A stretch of DNA of 64,000 nt, taken from Gammaproteobacteria bacterium. GTDB lineage: Bacteria; Pseudomonadota; Gammaproteobacteria; Magnimaribacterales; AG-339-G14. Shown in pieces: positions 19,808 through 30,502 of this stretch. The DNA lies in contig QOPF01000007.1 in assembly GCA_003331625.1 (NCBI GenBank), positions 3,559-67,558 of the forward strand, given 5' to 3'. Numbering within the stretch: position 1 is the stretch's first letter; every line of letters starts with the position of its first letter. A program made the position numbers and the translations under genes. The notes under the pieces are model-generated. The model had not been told where the DNA came from. It made no database searches and worked only from the letters and a program-made list of their open reading frames with translations.

Positions 19808-20230
19808 ATGGCGTATTCAAGTAAAGTTGTAGATAAGTTTGAAAAAACTTTAAAAGATCCGAAAGGTGCAAGCGTTGGAAGATGGAAACCAGGCGATAAA
19901 GATTTTCATAGAGTAGGAACGGGTATTGTAGGTGCTCCTGCATGTGGAGACGTAATGAAACTTCAGATTAAATGCGAGAATATCGAGGGAATAAATAAAA
20001 TCGTTGATGCTAAGTTTAAAACCTATGGATGTGGGTCAGCAATCGCATCAAGTGGTGAGCTAATTGACATGCTTAAAGGAAAAACAATAGAAGAAGCTCA
20101 AAATATTTCCAATCAAGAAATTGTGGATATCTTAGAATTGCCGGCAATTAAAATACATTGCAGCGTCTTAGCTGAGGAGGCTATTCATAAGGCAATAGAT
20201 GATTTTAAAAGTCGAAGAAATAATGACTAA
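19808..20230 (+). CDS. iscU: Fe-S cluster scaffold IscU
   Basis: GAPACGDVMKLQI, KTYGCGSAIASS, IHCSVLAEEAI. The HscA-binding motif reads LPAIK instead of LPPVK. Confidence 0.96.
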   Translation: MAYSSKVVDKFEKTLKDPKGASVGRWKPGDKDFHRVGTGIVGAPACGDVMKLQIKCENIEGINKIVDAKFKTYGCGSAIASSGELIDMLKGKTIEEAQNISNQEIVDILELPAIKIHCSVLAEEAIHKAIDDFKSRRNND

Positions 20231-20958
20231 TGACAAAAATAAAAGTATTGCCTCATGCACAATTATGTCCTGATGGTTTGGAGTTTAATGCAGAAAAAGG
20301 AATTTCTGTTTGCGAAAACTTACTTAATCAAGACATAGATATCGAACACGCTTGCGAGCTTTCCTGCGCTTGCACTACTTGTCATGTTATTTTTACTGAA
20401 GGTTTTAATTCTTTAAATGAATCTTCAGATGATGAAGAAGATCTTTTAGATAAAGCATGGGGATTAGAACCCAGATCAAGATTGAGTTGCCAAACAATTG
20501 TTACTGATTCAGACTTAGAAATTGAAATTCCTAAATATACAATAAATATGGTTTCAGAAAATCACCCGAAAGCTCCAAGAAATGAAGATAAAAAAATATC
20601 TTCAATAGATTTTGAAATATCAAATAAAGCGGCAAATCATTTATCGGCCATGTTAAATTCAAGTGATTCGTCTGGCATCAGAATTTCATTAATGGATTCC
20701 GGCTGTTCTGGATATGCTTACAAATTAGACTTAGTCAAAAATATAGAAGAAAGTGATTTTAACGGTACGATTAATGGTATTAATTTATTTATTCATGATA
20801 AGAGTTTCACTTTTTTAAAAGGTACAAAACTTGATTTTATTCAAAAGAATTTAAATGAAGAACTCGTATTTAACAATCCAAATGTTTCTGCTGAATGTGG
20901 ATGCGGTGAAAGTTTTAACTTTGATAGCACTTTAGCTACAGAATTATCTTCTAATTAA
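20230..20958 (+). CDS. Fusion protein: ISC-type [2Fe-2S] ferredoxin (N-terminal) plus A-type carrier IscA (C-terminal)
   Basis: Residues 1-110 align with E. coli Fdx (EHACELSCACTTCHV, SRLSCQ, EIPKYTIN). After the linker NHPKAPRNEDKK, residues about 125-242 align with IscA (SGCSGYAY, NPNVSAECGCGESF). Confidence 0.9.
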   Translation: MTKIKVLPHAQLCPDGLEFNAEKGISVCENLLNQDIDIEHACELSCACTTCHVIFTEGFNSLNESSDDEEDLLDKAWGLEPRSRLSCQTIVTDSDLEIEIPKYTINMVSENHPKAPRNEDKKISSIDFEISNKAANHLSAMLNSSDSSGIRISLMDSGCSGYAYKLDLVKNIEESDFNGTINGINLFIHDKSFTFLKGTKLDFIQKNLNEELVFNNPNVSAECGCGESFNFDSTLATELSSN

Positions 20959-20963
20959 GCATC

Positions 20964-21158
20964 ATGGATTGGTCTGATACTTATGAGATTGTAGATAATC
21001 TTTGCGATAAATATCCTGAAATAAATCCTCAAAAGTTGCTTTTTACCGATCTAATGAATATGGTTACGTCTCTTGAGGGATTTGAAGGAAAAACAGAATA
21101 TTGCAATGAAAGGATTTTAGAGGCCATTCAGTCAATTTGGATAGAGGAGCAAGATTAA
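20964..21158 (+). CDS. iscX: Fe-S assembly protein IscX (YfhJ)
   Basis: 64 aa and acidic. Contains YPEINPQKLLFTDL and NERILEAIQSIWIEE, which align with E. coli IscX. Confidence 0.88.
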   Translation: MDWSDTYEIVDNLCDKYPEINPQKLLFTDLMNMVTSLEGFEGKTEYCNERILEAIQSIWIEEQD

Positions 21159-21565
21159 TGACAGAGAAAACTTTATGCATCATTAAGCCAGATGCTGTAG
21201 AAAATGATTACGTAGAAAAAATTAATGAAATGATTTCTATGGAAAATATTAATATTATTAATAGCGTAAAAATAGATATTTCAAAAGAAATTGCAGAGAA
21301 ATTTTACGCAGAGCATTCAGAAAAACCCTTCTTCAATGAATTGGTTAATTTTATTACTTCTGGGCCCGCAATTGTTCAAATTCTTGAAGGCGAATCCTGT
21401 ATATCCAGATATAGAAACTTAATGGGAGCCACCAATCCTGAAGAAGCAAATATAGGAACTATTAGAAAAAGTTTTGCCGAATCAATTTCTAAAAACGCTG
21501 TTCATGGTTCAGATTCTTCTGAATCAGCTAAAAGAGAAATTGAAATAATGTCTATTTTATTTTAG
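21158..21565 (+). CDS. ndk: Nucleoside diphosphate kinase
   Basis: MTEKTLCIIKPDAV N-terminus and NAVHGSDS active-site His. The ATG at 21158 overlaps the iscX TAA. The track start at 21137 lies upstream. Confidence 0.94.
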   Translation: MTEKTLCIIKPDAVENDYVEKINEMISMENINIINSVKIDISKEIAEKFYAEHSEKPFFNELVNFITSGPAIVQILEGESCISRYRNLMGATNPEEANIGTIRKSFAESISKNAVHGSDSSESAKREIEIMSILF

Positions 21566-21574
21566 TTAAATGTA

Positions 21575-22414
21575 ATGAAAAGCTGGAAAGAACAGCTCAT
21601 TGAAAAAAGAGACGAATCTGGATTCACTTCAAAAGAGATATCAGATAAAACAAAAATCCCAGCTAAATTTATAAGGGCTATAGAAGAAGGAGATTTTAGT
21701 TCTTTGCCAGCAGAAATTTTTGCAAGGTCACAAATTGAAAGATTATTTAATTTTTTTGAATTAGATCCCTTGGATATATTGAAAGATTATGAGAAATTTA
21801 TAGCACCGCAAGAACCAGTAAAAGACTCCTTTCAATCAGATCTAGAAGAATCTTTCTTCTTAAAGATAAAAAATTTTTTGAATTTAAAAAAAAATCAAAA
21901 GAATTTTTTAATCATCTTATCTATCATTCCAATCTTTTTGTTATTAGTTTTTTTTATTTTCAAAGATAGCTCAAAAGTAACTAATAATGAAAAATTGATA
22001 ACATTCGATAGAATTACTGGAGAAGATAAGAAAGAGCTAATTCAGGATGATGATATCATTTCAGAATCAAATTTAGTTTTGAAAGAAGAAAAAATTTCTT
22101 CTTCTGCAGATCGAGAAATCATCATCTCAGAAGCAGATATAGAATTAATTCGTGATATAGAAATAATCATAGATGGAGAAAGTTGGGTTGTGGTATTTGA
22201 TAAAAATGAGAGGCTTCTCTATGAGCTCATGCAAACTGGCAGCTATCAATTTTCAGGTATTTCACCTTTAAGATTTAAAATTGGATATGCTCCTTCCGCG
22301 AAGCTCTTTATAGATGGGAAAAAAATTAGTTTTTCTAAAGCAATAAAAGGTGCTACGAACTATGCTCACTTTTTAGTAAATGAGGTTAACAAAGTTGATT
22401 CAATCAGAGATTAA
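21575..22414 (+). CDS. rodZ: Cytoskeleton protein RodZ
   Basis: N-terminal XRE-type HTH, a central TM ([19 protein letters not shown]) and a C-terminal DUF4115-like beta domain. Conserved position before ispG. Confidence 0.82.
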   Translation: MKSWKEQLIEKRDESGFTSKEISDKTKIPAKFIRAIEEGDFSSLPAEIFARSQIERLFNFFELDPLDILKDYEKFIAPQEPVKDSFQSDLEESFFLKIKNFLNLKKNQKNFLIILSIIPIFLLLVFFIFKDSSKVTNNEKLITFDRITGEDKKELIQDDDIISESNLVLKEEKISSSADREIIISEADIELIRDIEIIIDGESWVVVFDKNERLLYELMQTGSYQFSGISPLRFKIGYAPSAKLFIDGKKISFSKAIKGATNYAHFLVNEVNKVDSIRD

Positions 22415-23507
22415 GAGAAGAAAAAGTAGACTTATATACGTAGGAGACGTTCCTGTAGGCGGAAACTCAGATATTTCCGTACAAAGCATGACTAATACTC
22501 TTACTACAGATGTGAGAGAAACTTTAAATCAAATTAAAGGATTAGAAGAAGCTGGGGCAGATCTAATTAGAGTTTCTGTTCCCGATGAAGACTCAGTAAG
22601 AGCTTTTAAGAAGATTAAATTAGCTGCTAACGTTCCTTTAATAGCTGATATTCATTTTGATTATAAAATTGCCATTAAAGTTGCTGAGCAAGGGGCTGAT
22701 TGTTTGAGAATTAATCCTGGCAATATAGGAAACGAAAAGAAAGTAAGAGAAGTAATTAATTGCGCAAAAGACCACAATATTCCTATAAGAATAGGAGTAA
22801 ATGCTGGTTCATTAGAAAAAAAACTCCAAAAGAAGTACGGAGAGCCAAATGCAGACGCCCTAGTTGAATCAGCGATGAATCACGTAAATATTTTGAAGAA
22901 ATTAAACTTTGAAAATTTTAAGCTTAGTATCAAAGCTTCAGATATATTCATGATGACTGAAAGTTATAGAAAAATTAGTCTTTTAATAGATCAACCCCTT
23001 CACCTTGGCTTAACGGAAGCAGGAGGGTTAAGAAGTGGAACAATCAAATCTTCAATTGCAATTGGACAACTTCTTAGAGAAGGAATTGGAGATACTTTAA
23101 GAGTCTCATTGGCTGCAGACCCGCGTGAAGAAATTAAAGTTGGTTTTGATATTTTAAGATCTTTAAAATTAAGAAAAAAAGGAATTAATTTCATAGCATG
23201 TCCAAGCTGCGCTAGACAAAATTTTGACGTAATTAAAACTATGAATGCTTTAGAGTCTAGACTTGAAGACATTAGTGAAACTCTAGATGTTGCAGTAATT
23301 GGTTGTTATGTAAATGGTCCTGGAGAGTCTAAAGCAGCTCACGTAGGCTTAACAGGCGCCTCTCCAAGTAACTTAGTATACATCGATGGCAAACCAGACC
23401 ACAAACTAACAAATGAAGAGCTTGTTGATTCTCTTGAAGCACTTATAAGAAAGAAAGCAAAAAAAATTAGACAGTCTAAAGATAAACTTTCTACTAAAGA
23501 GGTCTAA
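22380..23507 (+). CDS. ispG: HMBPP synthase IspG (GcpE)
   Basis: [47 protein letters not shown]. The start overlaps rodZ by 35 nt. A TTG at 22395 is an alternative start. Confidence 0.94.
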   Translation: MRLTKLIQSEIKRRKSRLIYVGDVPVGGNSDISVQSMTNTLTTDVRETLNQIKGLEEAGADLIRVSVPDEDSVRAFKKIKLAANVPLIADIHFDYKIAIKVAEQGADCLRINPGNIGNEKKVREVINCAKDHNIPIRIGVNAGSLEKKLQKKYGEPNADALVESAMNHVNILKKLNFENFKLSIKASDIFMMTESYRKISLLIDQPLHLGLTEAGGLRSGTIKSSIAIGQLLREGIGDTLRVSLAADPREEIKVGFDILRSLKLRKKGINFIACPSCARQNFDVIKTMNALESRLEDISETLDVAVIGCYVNGPGESKAAHVGLTGASPSNLVYIDGKPDHKLTNEELVDSLEALIRKKAKKIRQSKDKLSTKEV

Positions 23508-23512
23508 TAAAA

Positions 23513-24769
23513 ATGAAGAATTTTACTAAATTAAGAGGTATGCTGGATATTGATCCTAGTCTTTCAAGTAAATATAGTTTTATCGAATCTAATTTCAATA
23601 AGATTTCTAAATCTTATGGGTACAAAGAAGTAAGATTTCCAATTATAGAAGCTACAGATCTCTTCAGAAGAACTGTTGGCAATGAAACAGATATTGTAAA
23701 TAAGGAAATGTTTACCTTTAACAGCAAAAGCGGAAAATCTATGACCTTAAGACCAGAAGGAACTGCTGGTTGTATGCGAATGGCAATTGAAGAAGGCTTG
23801 GTTGATGCAGGTCAGCAAAAACTTTCATATAAAGGACCAATGTTCAGATATGAAAGGCCTCAAAAAGGTAGATCAAGACAATTTCAACAAATGAGTCTTG
23901 AAGCCTATGGATTTAAAGACTCTCAGATTGATATTGAGATGATTGAGATTTCATACAAATTTTTTAAAGAATTAAGTTTGGATAAAGATATATTTTTAGA
24001 AGTAAATTCTATAGGCAGTCAGGAAGATCAAAAAAATTACTCCCTTGAGTTAAAGAATTTTTTTTCAAAATATAAAAAAGATTTAGACGAAGATAGTTTA
24101 AAAAGATTAGAAAAAAATCCATTGAGAATCCTTGATTCTAAAAATAAAGATTTATTAAAATTGATAGATAACGCGCCAAAAATTAATGAATTTATTTCAG
24201 ATGATTCAAAAAAGACTTTTAAAGAAATAAGAGAAGCAATAACAGGTCTCAATATTAAGTTCACTGAAAATCCTCTCCTAGTTAGAGGCTTAGATTATTA
24301 CAACGACTTAGTTTTTGAATGGAAATCAAAATCCATTGGCTCTCAAGATACAATTTGTGGAGGTGGAAGATATGACTCGCTGTCAAAAATGATTGGAGGC
24401 AGAGATATCAAAGCAACAGGATTTTCTATAGGCCTAGACAGACTGAGTTTGATAGTTGAAGATGCAAAAATTCCATACCAAAAAACTTTATTACTAGTTT
24501 CATTAGAAGAATCCTTTTTCCTTAGCGGTTTAAAATTAGCAAATTCTCTAAGAGACAATCTTGATAATTTTTCAATTCAATTTTCTGGCAAGGAAACTAA
24601 TTTAAAATCCATATTAAAAAAAGCATCTAAAAGAAATATTGATTTCATGGTTATAATTGGAAAGAGAGAGCTAGAAGAAAATTCATATACTTTAAAAAAG
24701 CTCTTAAAGAATGAAGAAATAAAGCTAGATAATTTTGATTTATTGATCAGTAATTTAAAAGATAACTAA
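23513..24769 (+). CDS. hisS: Histidyl-tRNA synthetase
   Basis: Class II motifs (LRPEGTAGCMR, FRYERPQKGRSRQFQQ, GGGRYD, GFSIGLDRL). Confidence 0.95.
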   Translation: MKNFTKLRGMLDIDPSLSSKYSFIESNFNKISKSYGYKEVRFPIIEATDLFRRTVGNETDIVNKEMFTFNSKSGKSMTLRPEGTAGCMRMAIEEGLVDAGQQKLSYKGPMFRYERPQKGRSRQFQQMSLEAYGFKDSQIDIEMIEISYKFFKELSLDKDIFLEVNSIGSQEDQKNYSLELKNFFSKYKKDLDEDSLKRLEKNPLRILDSKNKDLLKLIDNAPKINEFISDDSKKTFKEIREAITGLNIKFTENPLLVRGLDYYNDLVFEWKSKSIGSQDTICGGGRYDSLSKMIGGRDIKATGFSIGLDRLSLIVEDAKIPYQKTLLLVSLEESFFLSGLKLANSLRDNLDNFSIQFSGKETNLKSILKKASKRNIDFMVIIGKRELEENSYTLKKLLKNEEIKLDNFDLLISNLKDN

Positions 24770-24775
24770 TACAAG

Positions 24776-25399
24776 ATGAACTTTTTACAAAATATTTATA
24801 ATTGGTCTTTGAAAAACTATTTAAAAGTAATCATTATCTTTTCATTAATCATTTTATTTTACGGCGCTTATCTTTATTTTTCTTTTTCAGCCTTAAAAAA
24901 AAATCAAGATATAGGAAATTACTTTTCAGATTTTTATAATACTTTTGCGGATTCTGGATTCGATAAAGAAGAATACGAAATTACTTTAAATAAAATAAAT
25001 GAAATTAAAGATAACTCAATCTATACGATTATGCTGCAATCAATTTATGCAGCGGAATTAATAAAAGAAAATAATACCGAAGGCGGTTTAGAGCAATTAT
25101 TAGGCGCTAAAGAATTGGCCTCAAAAAAAAATAAGGAATTTAATTTTTTAAAAGAAATAATAAATCTCAGGCTAGTTAATATTTACATTGAGCTTCAGGA
25201 TTTTGATAGAGCAAAGAAAATCTTAGATGAAGAGTACTCTACTTATAACACTAACCATTTAATTTTAAAGGGAGACATACTTGCATTTGAAGAAAAAAGT
25301 AATGAAGCAAAAAAAATATATAATGAAGCTCTAATCACTTCAGAAAATACAACACAAAGAAATTTAATAAACTTAAAAATTTCCAATCTCATTAATTAA
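24776..25399 (+). CDS. yfgM: YfgM-like membrane-anchored TPR protein
   Basis: N-terminal TM plus a TPR-like helical domain. Conserved position between hisS and bamB. Confidence 0.72.
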   Translation: MNFLQNIYNWSLKNYLKVIIIFSLIILFYGAYLYFSFSALKKNQDIGNYFSDFYNTFADSGFDKEEYEITLNKINEIKDNSIYTIMLQSIYAAELIKENNTEGGLEQLLGAKELASKKNKEFNFLKEIINLRLVNIYIELQDFDRAKKILDEEYSTYNTNHLILKGDILAFEEKSNEAKKIYNEALITSENTTQRNLINLKISNLIN

Positions 25400-26529
25400 T
25401 GTCTTTAAAAAATCTTTTAGTTTTCACAATTTTTCTACTTTTTGTCGCCTGTGAAACTGGAGCAAAAGAAGAAGAACAACCGAATGAACTAAAAAAAGAT
25501 TTTAATGAGAGTTTTTCTCTTAAAAAAAATTGGACAAGAAAAGCCTTCAAAAATTTACCCCTGGGGAAAATAAAAATTTCTCTTGATGAAGATCACATTT
25601 ATATTTTTGACTCTAAAGGAGAAATAAAATCTTTTTCTATTCAGGGAAATAAAAATTGGTCTAACAACCTGAATATAGATATTTCAACAGGAATAACTTT
25701 AGGCTTTGATAAATTATTACTTAGTTCTTCTAACGGAGAGGTATTTTGTTTATCAAAAGAAACAGGAGAGATACTTTGGAAATATTCTTCTTCTGGAGAA
25801 GTTTTATCACCGCCATCTACAAATGGCGATATCGTTGCTATTCAAAGTGTTGATGGAAGATTAACCGCTGTAGATTTAGAAACTGGCGAATATAGGTGGG
25901 ACTACAGAAGTGTTGTTCCTAATTTAACTTTAAGGGGAACTTCAGAACCTTCTTTCAATGAAGGATTTTTGTATGTTGGTTTTGGTAACGGAAATTTAGC
26001 AAAAATTGAACCTAGATCAGGAGTCATTCAATGGGAAATTCCAATTACAACATCTCAAGAAACTTCCGAGCTGGGTAGATTAGTAGATATTGATGGAAAC
26101 TTTGTTTTTTCTTCTGGTATAGCGTTTGTAGCTACATATCAAGGTAACATAGCTGCAGTTGACACTAGATCTGGAGGCTTTCTCTGGAAAGAAAATACTT
26201 CTTCGGCTAATGACTTGCTTTCTTCAAGAGGAAAATTAGTTTTAATAGACGAAAAAGATCAAGTCTTAGCCTATGATCAAAAAGCAGGAAATTTAGATTG
26301 GTTTAATAAAGACTTTTATCTAAGAGAATTAACTTCTCCAAAAAAACTTAAATCTTTAATTTTCTTTGGTGATTACCAGGGTTACCTTCATGGATTAGAT
26401 ATAAACGAAGGTTCTCAAGTAGCAAGAAAAAGAGTTTCCCGCTCAAAAATAATCTCAACTACAACAAGAGGAAACCTAGTTATAGCCCTTGATATAAAAG
26501 GAAAACTTTCACTTTTTACTTTGCAGTGA
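25399..26529 (+). CDS. bamB: Outer-membrane assembly lipoprotein BamB (PQQ-like beta-propeller)
   Basis: Lipobox FVAC and repeated G-x-(V/L)-x-A-(V/L)-D-x-x-(T/S)-G-x-x-x-W blades. Conserved synteny. Confidence 0.88.
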   Translation: MSLKNLLVFTIFLLFVACETGAKEEEQPNELKKDFNESFSLKKNWTRKAFKNLPLGKIKISLDEDHIYIFDSKGEIKSFSIQGNKNWSNNLNIDISTGITLGFDKLLLSSSNGEVFCLSKETGEILWKYSSSGEVLSPPSTNGDIVAIQSVDGRLTAVDLETGEYRWDYRSVVPNLTLRGTSEPSFNEGFLYVGFGNGNLAKIEPRSGVIQWEIPITTSQETSELGRLVDIDGNFVFSSGIAFVATYQGNIAAVDTRSGGFLWKENTSSANDLLSSRGKLVLIDEKDQVLAYDQKAGNLDWFNKDFYLRELTSPKKLKSLIFFGDYQGYLHGLDINEGSQVARKRVSRSKIISTTTRGNLVIALDIKGKLSLFTLQ

Positions 26530-26542
26530 TAGTGTCCTCTTC

Positions 26543-27928
26543 ATGGGACCTATAATTGCAATTATTGGACGACCTAATGTAGGTAAATCTTCTCTATTTA
26601 ATAAAATAATAGGCGTGGACCAAGCCATTGTCGCTGATTTTTCTGGTCTCACTAGAGACAGGCTTTATGGCAATTTTAAATTGAATTCTAAAAATTTTTC
26701 TGTAATCGATACAGGAGGAATCTCTAATGAAAAAGATGAAATTAATCAATTAATATATAAAGAAATAAATAACGCCATTGAGGAAGCTGATGGTTTCATT
26801 TTTCTTTTAGATGCACATTTTGGTTTAAGTCAGGGCGACTTTGACATTCATGAAAGCTTAAGGAAATCTGGAAAAAAATACATATTAGCTCTTAATAAAT
26901 CAGAACTGAAAGCTTCGGAAAAAAATTTTAGTGATTTTTATCAGCTCGGAGTCAAAAATTTTGTAAAAATTTCTGCAAAAAATGGCTTGGGCATCAAAGA
27001 TTTAAAAGAGCAAATATTTGAAAACTTTAAATCAGACAAATATCTCAATGATGAAGAATCCTCAGCTTTTGGTTCTCTAAAAATTTGTATATTAGGAAAG
27101 CCTAATGCCGGAAAATCGACTCTTTTCAATGCAATAGTTAAAGAAGAAAGATCTATCGTTTCAAAAATAGCAGGCACAACAAGGGATACTGTTTCAAAAA
27201 AATTTATATTCAAATCAGAAAATATTGAAATTTCTGATACTGCAGGATTAAGAAAAAAATCTAAAGTTGATCAAAATATTGAAAAATTTTCTGTTTCTAA
27301 GGCAATTATTAGCATGCGTTCCTCATCTGGTGTTCTGTATTTAGTAGATGGAAAAGAAACCATCACGGATCAAGATCTTCACTTGATGTCTCTAATCATT
27401 TCTTCTGGAAAACCTATGGTGATCGGCATAAATAAGTCTGATCAACTTTCTCAGTATGATAAGTCAAATTTAACTAGATCAATTAATAAAAAATTATCTT
27501 TTATTTCTGGAATAAGTATTAGTTACTTATCTGCAAAAAAGAATCAAGGCACCTCAAAAGTTTTTGCAGAATTAGTCAGTCTTATTAAAAAAAGCAGGAA
27601 ACCCATCGATACTTCAAAATTAAATGCTATCGTGGAAGAAGCTTATAAAGCAAATCCACCTCAATTATCGGGAAGATTTAGACCAAGAATTAAATACGCT
27701 AATCTTTTATCCTCCCAGCCAGTTATTTTAAGAATACAAGGAAATAATCTAGATAAACTCACCAAACAATATCAAAAATATCTAGAAAATTTTTTAAGGA
27801 AGAAATTAAAATTTGAAGGAATTCCTATAAAAATTATTTTTAAAAATAATATCAACCCTTTTGGAGATAAAAAAAATAAACTTTCCAAAAAGCAATTAGC
27901 TAAGAGGAAAAGGATTGCAGGGCGTTGA
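26543..27928 (+). CDS. der: Ribosome-associated GTPase Der (EngA)
   Basis: Two G domains (GRPNVGKSSLFN and GKPNAGKSTLFN) plus a KH-like C-terminus. Confidence 0.95.
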   Translation: MGPIIAIIGRPNVGKSSLFNKIIGVDQAIVADFSGLTRDRLYGNFKLNSKNFSVIDTGGISNEKDEINQLIYKEINNAIEEADGFIFLLDAHFGLSQGDFDIHESLRKSGKKYILALNKSELKASEKNFSDFYQLGVKNFVKISAKNGLGIKDLKEQIFENFKSDKYLNDEESSAFGSLKICILGKPNAGKSTLFNAIVKEERSIVSKIAGTTRDTVSKKFIFKSENIEISDTAGLRKKSKVDQNIEKFSVSKAIISMRSSSGVLYLVDGKETITDQDLHLMSLIISSGKPMVIGINKSDQLSQYDKSNLTRSINKKLSFISGISISYLSAKKNQGTSKVFAELVSLIKKSRKPIDTSKLNAIVEEAYKANPPQLSGRFRPRIKYANLLSSQPVILRIQGNNLDKLTKQYQKYLENFLRKKLKFEGIPIKIIFKNNINPFGDKKNKLSKKQLAKRKRIAGR

Positions 27929-27966
27929 TAGATTGTATTTTCTAATATAATAATTCTTTTGATGAA

Positions 27967-28335
27967 ATGAATGCGCCTAGATATCTAAATTTGCTTAAGA
28001 TTACTTTGCCTCTGGCTGGTATTTCTTCAATACTGCACAGAATTTCTGCTGTAGGTATTTTTGTTTTATCGCTGCCAATGACCATATTGTTAGTTTTCTC
28101 TTTGGGATCAAGCGATAATTTTGAACAAGCTGTCTTATTTTTTGAAAACATAATTTTCAAAACTTTATTTTTCCTTTTTATTCTGGGAATTTTTTATCAT
28201 TTTGTGTCTGGCATAAGACACCTTGTTATGGATTTTGGTTACTGGGAGACTTTATCGGCCGGCAGGGCTTCCGCGATGGCTACTTTTGTTTTAACGGGCT
28301 TATTTAGCTTTTATCTTTTGTATTTATTATGGTAA
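27967..28335 (+). CDS. sdhC: Succinate dehydrogenase cytochrome b556 subunit
   Basis: SSILHRISAVG heme-ligand region, 3 TM. First gene of the sdh cluster. Confidence 0.9.
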   Translation: MNAPRYLNLLKITLPLAGISSILHRISAVGIFVLSLPMTILLVFSLGSSDNFEQAVLFFENIIFKTLFFLFILGIFYHFVSGIRHLVMDFGYWETLSAGRASAMATFVLTGLFSFYLLYLLW

Positions 28336-28691
28336 CTAAATTATATAAATTAAAGAAAACAGGGGTATTTGATTATGTCTTTGTTAGGGTAGCAGCAGTG
28401 ATTCAGGGAGTATATTTTTCAGTTATATCCTTTTATTGGTTAGTCAATAAAGAGTTTAATTATGAACAATTCACTTACTTTTTTGATATTCTCCTTGTTG
28501 AGATATTCACGGTAATAGTTGCTATATCAATTGCTTACCATTCAATTCAAGGAATTTGGAATATAGCTACTGATTACCTCACTGAGCCACAAATAGGTGC
28601 TTCAGCAAAAATCCTAAGACCGGCAGTTATTGGTTTTAGTTGGTTTCAGGCTTTTGGACTGGTTATATGTAGCTTTTTTATTTTAGGTTAA
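28329..28691 (+). CDS. sdhD: Succinate dehydrogenase membrane anchor subunit
   Basis: 3-TM protein of 120 aa with an AYHSIQG His region. Lies between sdhC and sdhA. Confidence 0.88.
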   Translation: MVTKLYKLKKTGVFDYVFVRVAAVIQGVYFSVISFYWLVNKEFNYEQFTYFFDILLVEIFTVIVAISIAYHSIQGIWNIATDYLTEPQIGASAKILRPAVIGFSWFQAFGLVICSFFILG

Positions 28692-28696
28692 AAATT

Positions 28697-30502
28697 ATGG
28701 CAATGAACGGAAAAGGTGTTTTATTAGATGCCAACACACTACCAGTTAAAGAATTCGATGGAATTATAGTAGGTGGAGGGGGCTCTGGGATGATGGCTTC
28801 ACTTCAGCTTGCAAAGTCGGGCATGAACACCGCTGTAGTTTCAAAAGTTTTTCCTACTAGATCGCATACCGTTTCAGCTCAAGGTGGAATTACTTGCTCC
28901 ATACAAAGCGCTGATCCAGATGATGATTGGAGGTGGCATATGTATGACACTGTTAAGGGTTCCGATTTCATTGGTGATCAAGATTCAATTGAATACATGT
29001 GCAAAGAAGGTCCAGAAGCAATTTTTGAGCTAGAAAATATGGGCCTACCTTTTTCTAGAACTGAAGAAGGAAAAATTTACCAAAGAGCTTTTGGAGGGCA
29101 ATCTAAAGATTTTGGGAAGGGTGGCCAGGCAGAAAGAACTTGTGCGGCGGCTGATAGGACAGGTCATGCTTTACTTCATACTTTGTATCAAGCAAACGTT
29201 AAAGCAGGAACTAATTTTCTTTCCGAGTGGTTTGCTGTTGATTTAGTCAAAAACGCTAATAATCAAGTAGTTGGTCTTATTGCCTTTGAAATTGAAAGTG
29301 GAGAACCTTTCTTTTTAAAATCTAAAGCAACTGTTCTCGCTACTGGCGGGGCAGGAAGGATTTATCAAACTACCTCTAATGCGCTTATCAATACTGGTGA
29401 TGGTACCGGTATGGCTTTAAGAGCTGGATTTCCCGTTCAAGATATGGAAATGTGGCAATTCCATCCAACAGGAATTCATGGTCATGGAACTCTTGTTACT
29501 GAAGGTTGCAGAGGAGAGGGTGGTTATTTGGTTAATAAGGATGGTGAAAGATTTATGGAAAGATATGCTCCAAATTATAAAGATTTAGCGAGCAGAGACG
29601 TAGTTGCAAGATCAATGTTCACCGAAATCCTTGAAGGAAGAGGTTGTGGTCCAGAAGCTGACCATGTTTTTTTAAAGCTTGATCACTTAGGTCCTGAGAT
29701 AGTTCATAAAAGATTGCCAGGTGTTACAGAACTCTCAAAAAGGTTTGCTCATGTAGATCCTGCTGAACATCCTATTCCAGTAGTTCCTACATGTCACTAC
29801 GCAATGGGAGGTATTCCCACCAATGTGCATGGCCAAGTTTTATCTCAATCTACGGATGGAACAGATAGAGTAATTGACGGTTTATATGCTGCCGGAGAAG
29901 CTGCTTGTGTATCGGTCCACGGCGGAAATAGATTAGGTGGAAACTCTCTTCTAGACCTTATAGTATTTGGTCGATCTGCAGGCCTTCATATTGAGGAATC
30001 ATTCAAAGGAGGCATCAAAATGAATGATCCTTCTAAAGATGATATTAATTATGCACTGCGAAACTTAAACCGAGTTAATGTTAGTCAATCAGGCGAGAGC
30101 TTTACTGAAGTCAAAAAAGAGCTTCAAAAATCAATGCAAATGAGCTTTGGAGTTTTTAGAACTGAAAAACTAATGGAAGAAGGAATAAAAGAGATTTCAA
30201 ATTTAAGAGAAAAATCTCAGAATATACACTTAGCTGATAAATCTTCTCAATTCAACACAGCAAGAGTTGAAGCACTAGAGCTTTTAAATTTAATCGAAGT
30301 TGCGGAAGCAACAGCAATAAGTGCGAATGAAAGAAAAGAAAGTAGAGGCGCACACTCTCGAGATGACTATCCCGAAAGAGACGATGAAAATTGGTTAAAA
30401 CATTCTATATATTTTTCAGATACTAAAAAAGTTTCAAAAAGAGATGTAAATTTTAGACCTAAGCAAGTCCAAGCTTTTCAACCAATAGTGAGAACTTACT
30501 AA
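28697..30502 (+). CDS. sdhA: Succinate dehydrogenase flavoprotein subunit
   Basis: [11 protein letters not shown] dinucleotide fold, [10 protein letters not shown] covalent-FAD His, HPTG, RGEGG. Confidence 0.97.
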   Translation: MAMNGKGVLLDANTLPVKEFDGIIVGGGGSGMMASLQLAKSGMNTAVVSKVFPTRSHTVSAQGGITCSIQSADPDDDWRWHMYDTVKGSDFIGDQDSIEYMCKEGPEAIFELENMGLPFSRTEEGKIYQRAFGGQSKDFGKGGQAERTCAAADRTGHALLHTLYQANVKAGTNFLSEWFAVDLVKNANNQVVGLIAFEIESGEPFFLKSKATVLATGGAGRIYQTTSNALINTGDGTGMALRAGFPVQDMEMWQFHPTGIHGHGTLVTEGCRGEGGYLVNKDGERFMERYAPNYKDLASRDVVARSMFTEILEGRGCGPEADHVFLKLDHLGPEIVHKRLPGVTELSKRFAHVDPAEHPIPVVPTCHYAMGGIPTNVHGQVLSQSTDGTDRVIDGLYAAGEAACVSVHGGNRLGGNSLLDLIVFGRSAGLHIEESFKGGIKMNDPSKDDINYALRNLNRVNVSQSGESFTEVKKELQKSMQMSFGVFRTEKLMEEGIKEISNLREKSQNIHLADKSSQFNTARVEALELLNLIEVAEATAISANERKESRGAHSRDDYPERDDENWLKHSIYFSDTKKVSKRDVNFRPKQVQAFQPIVRTY

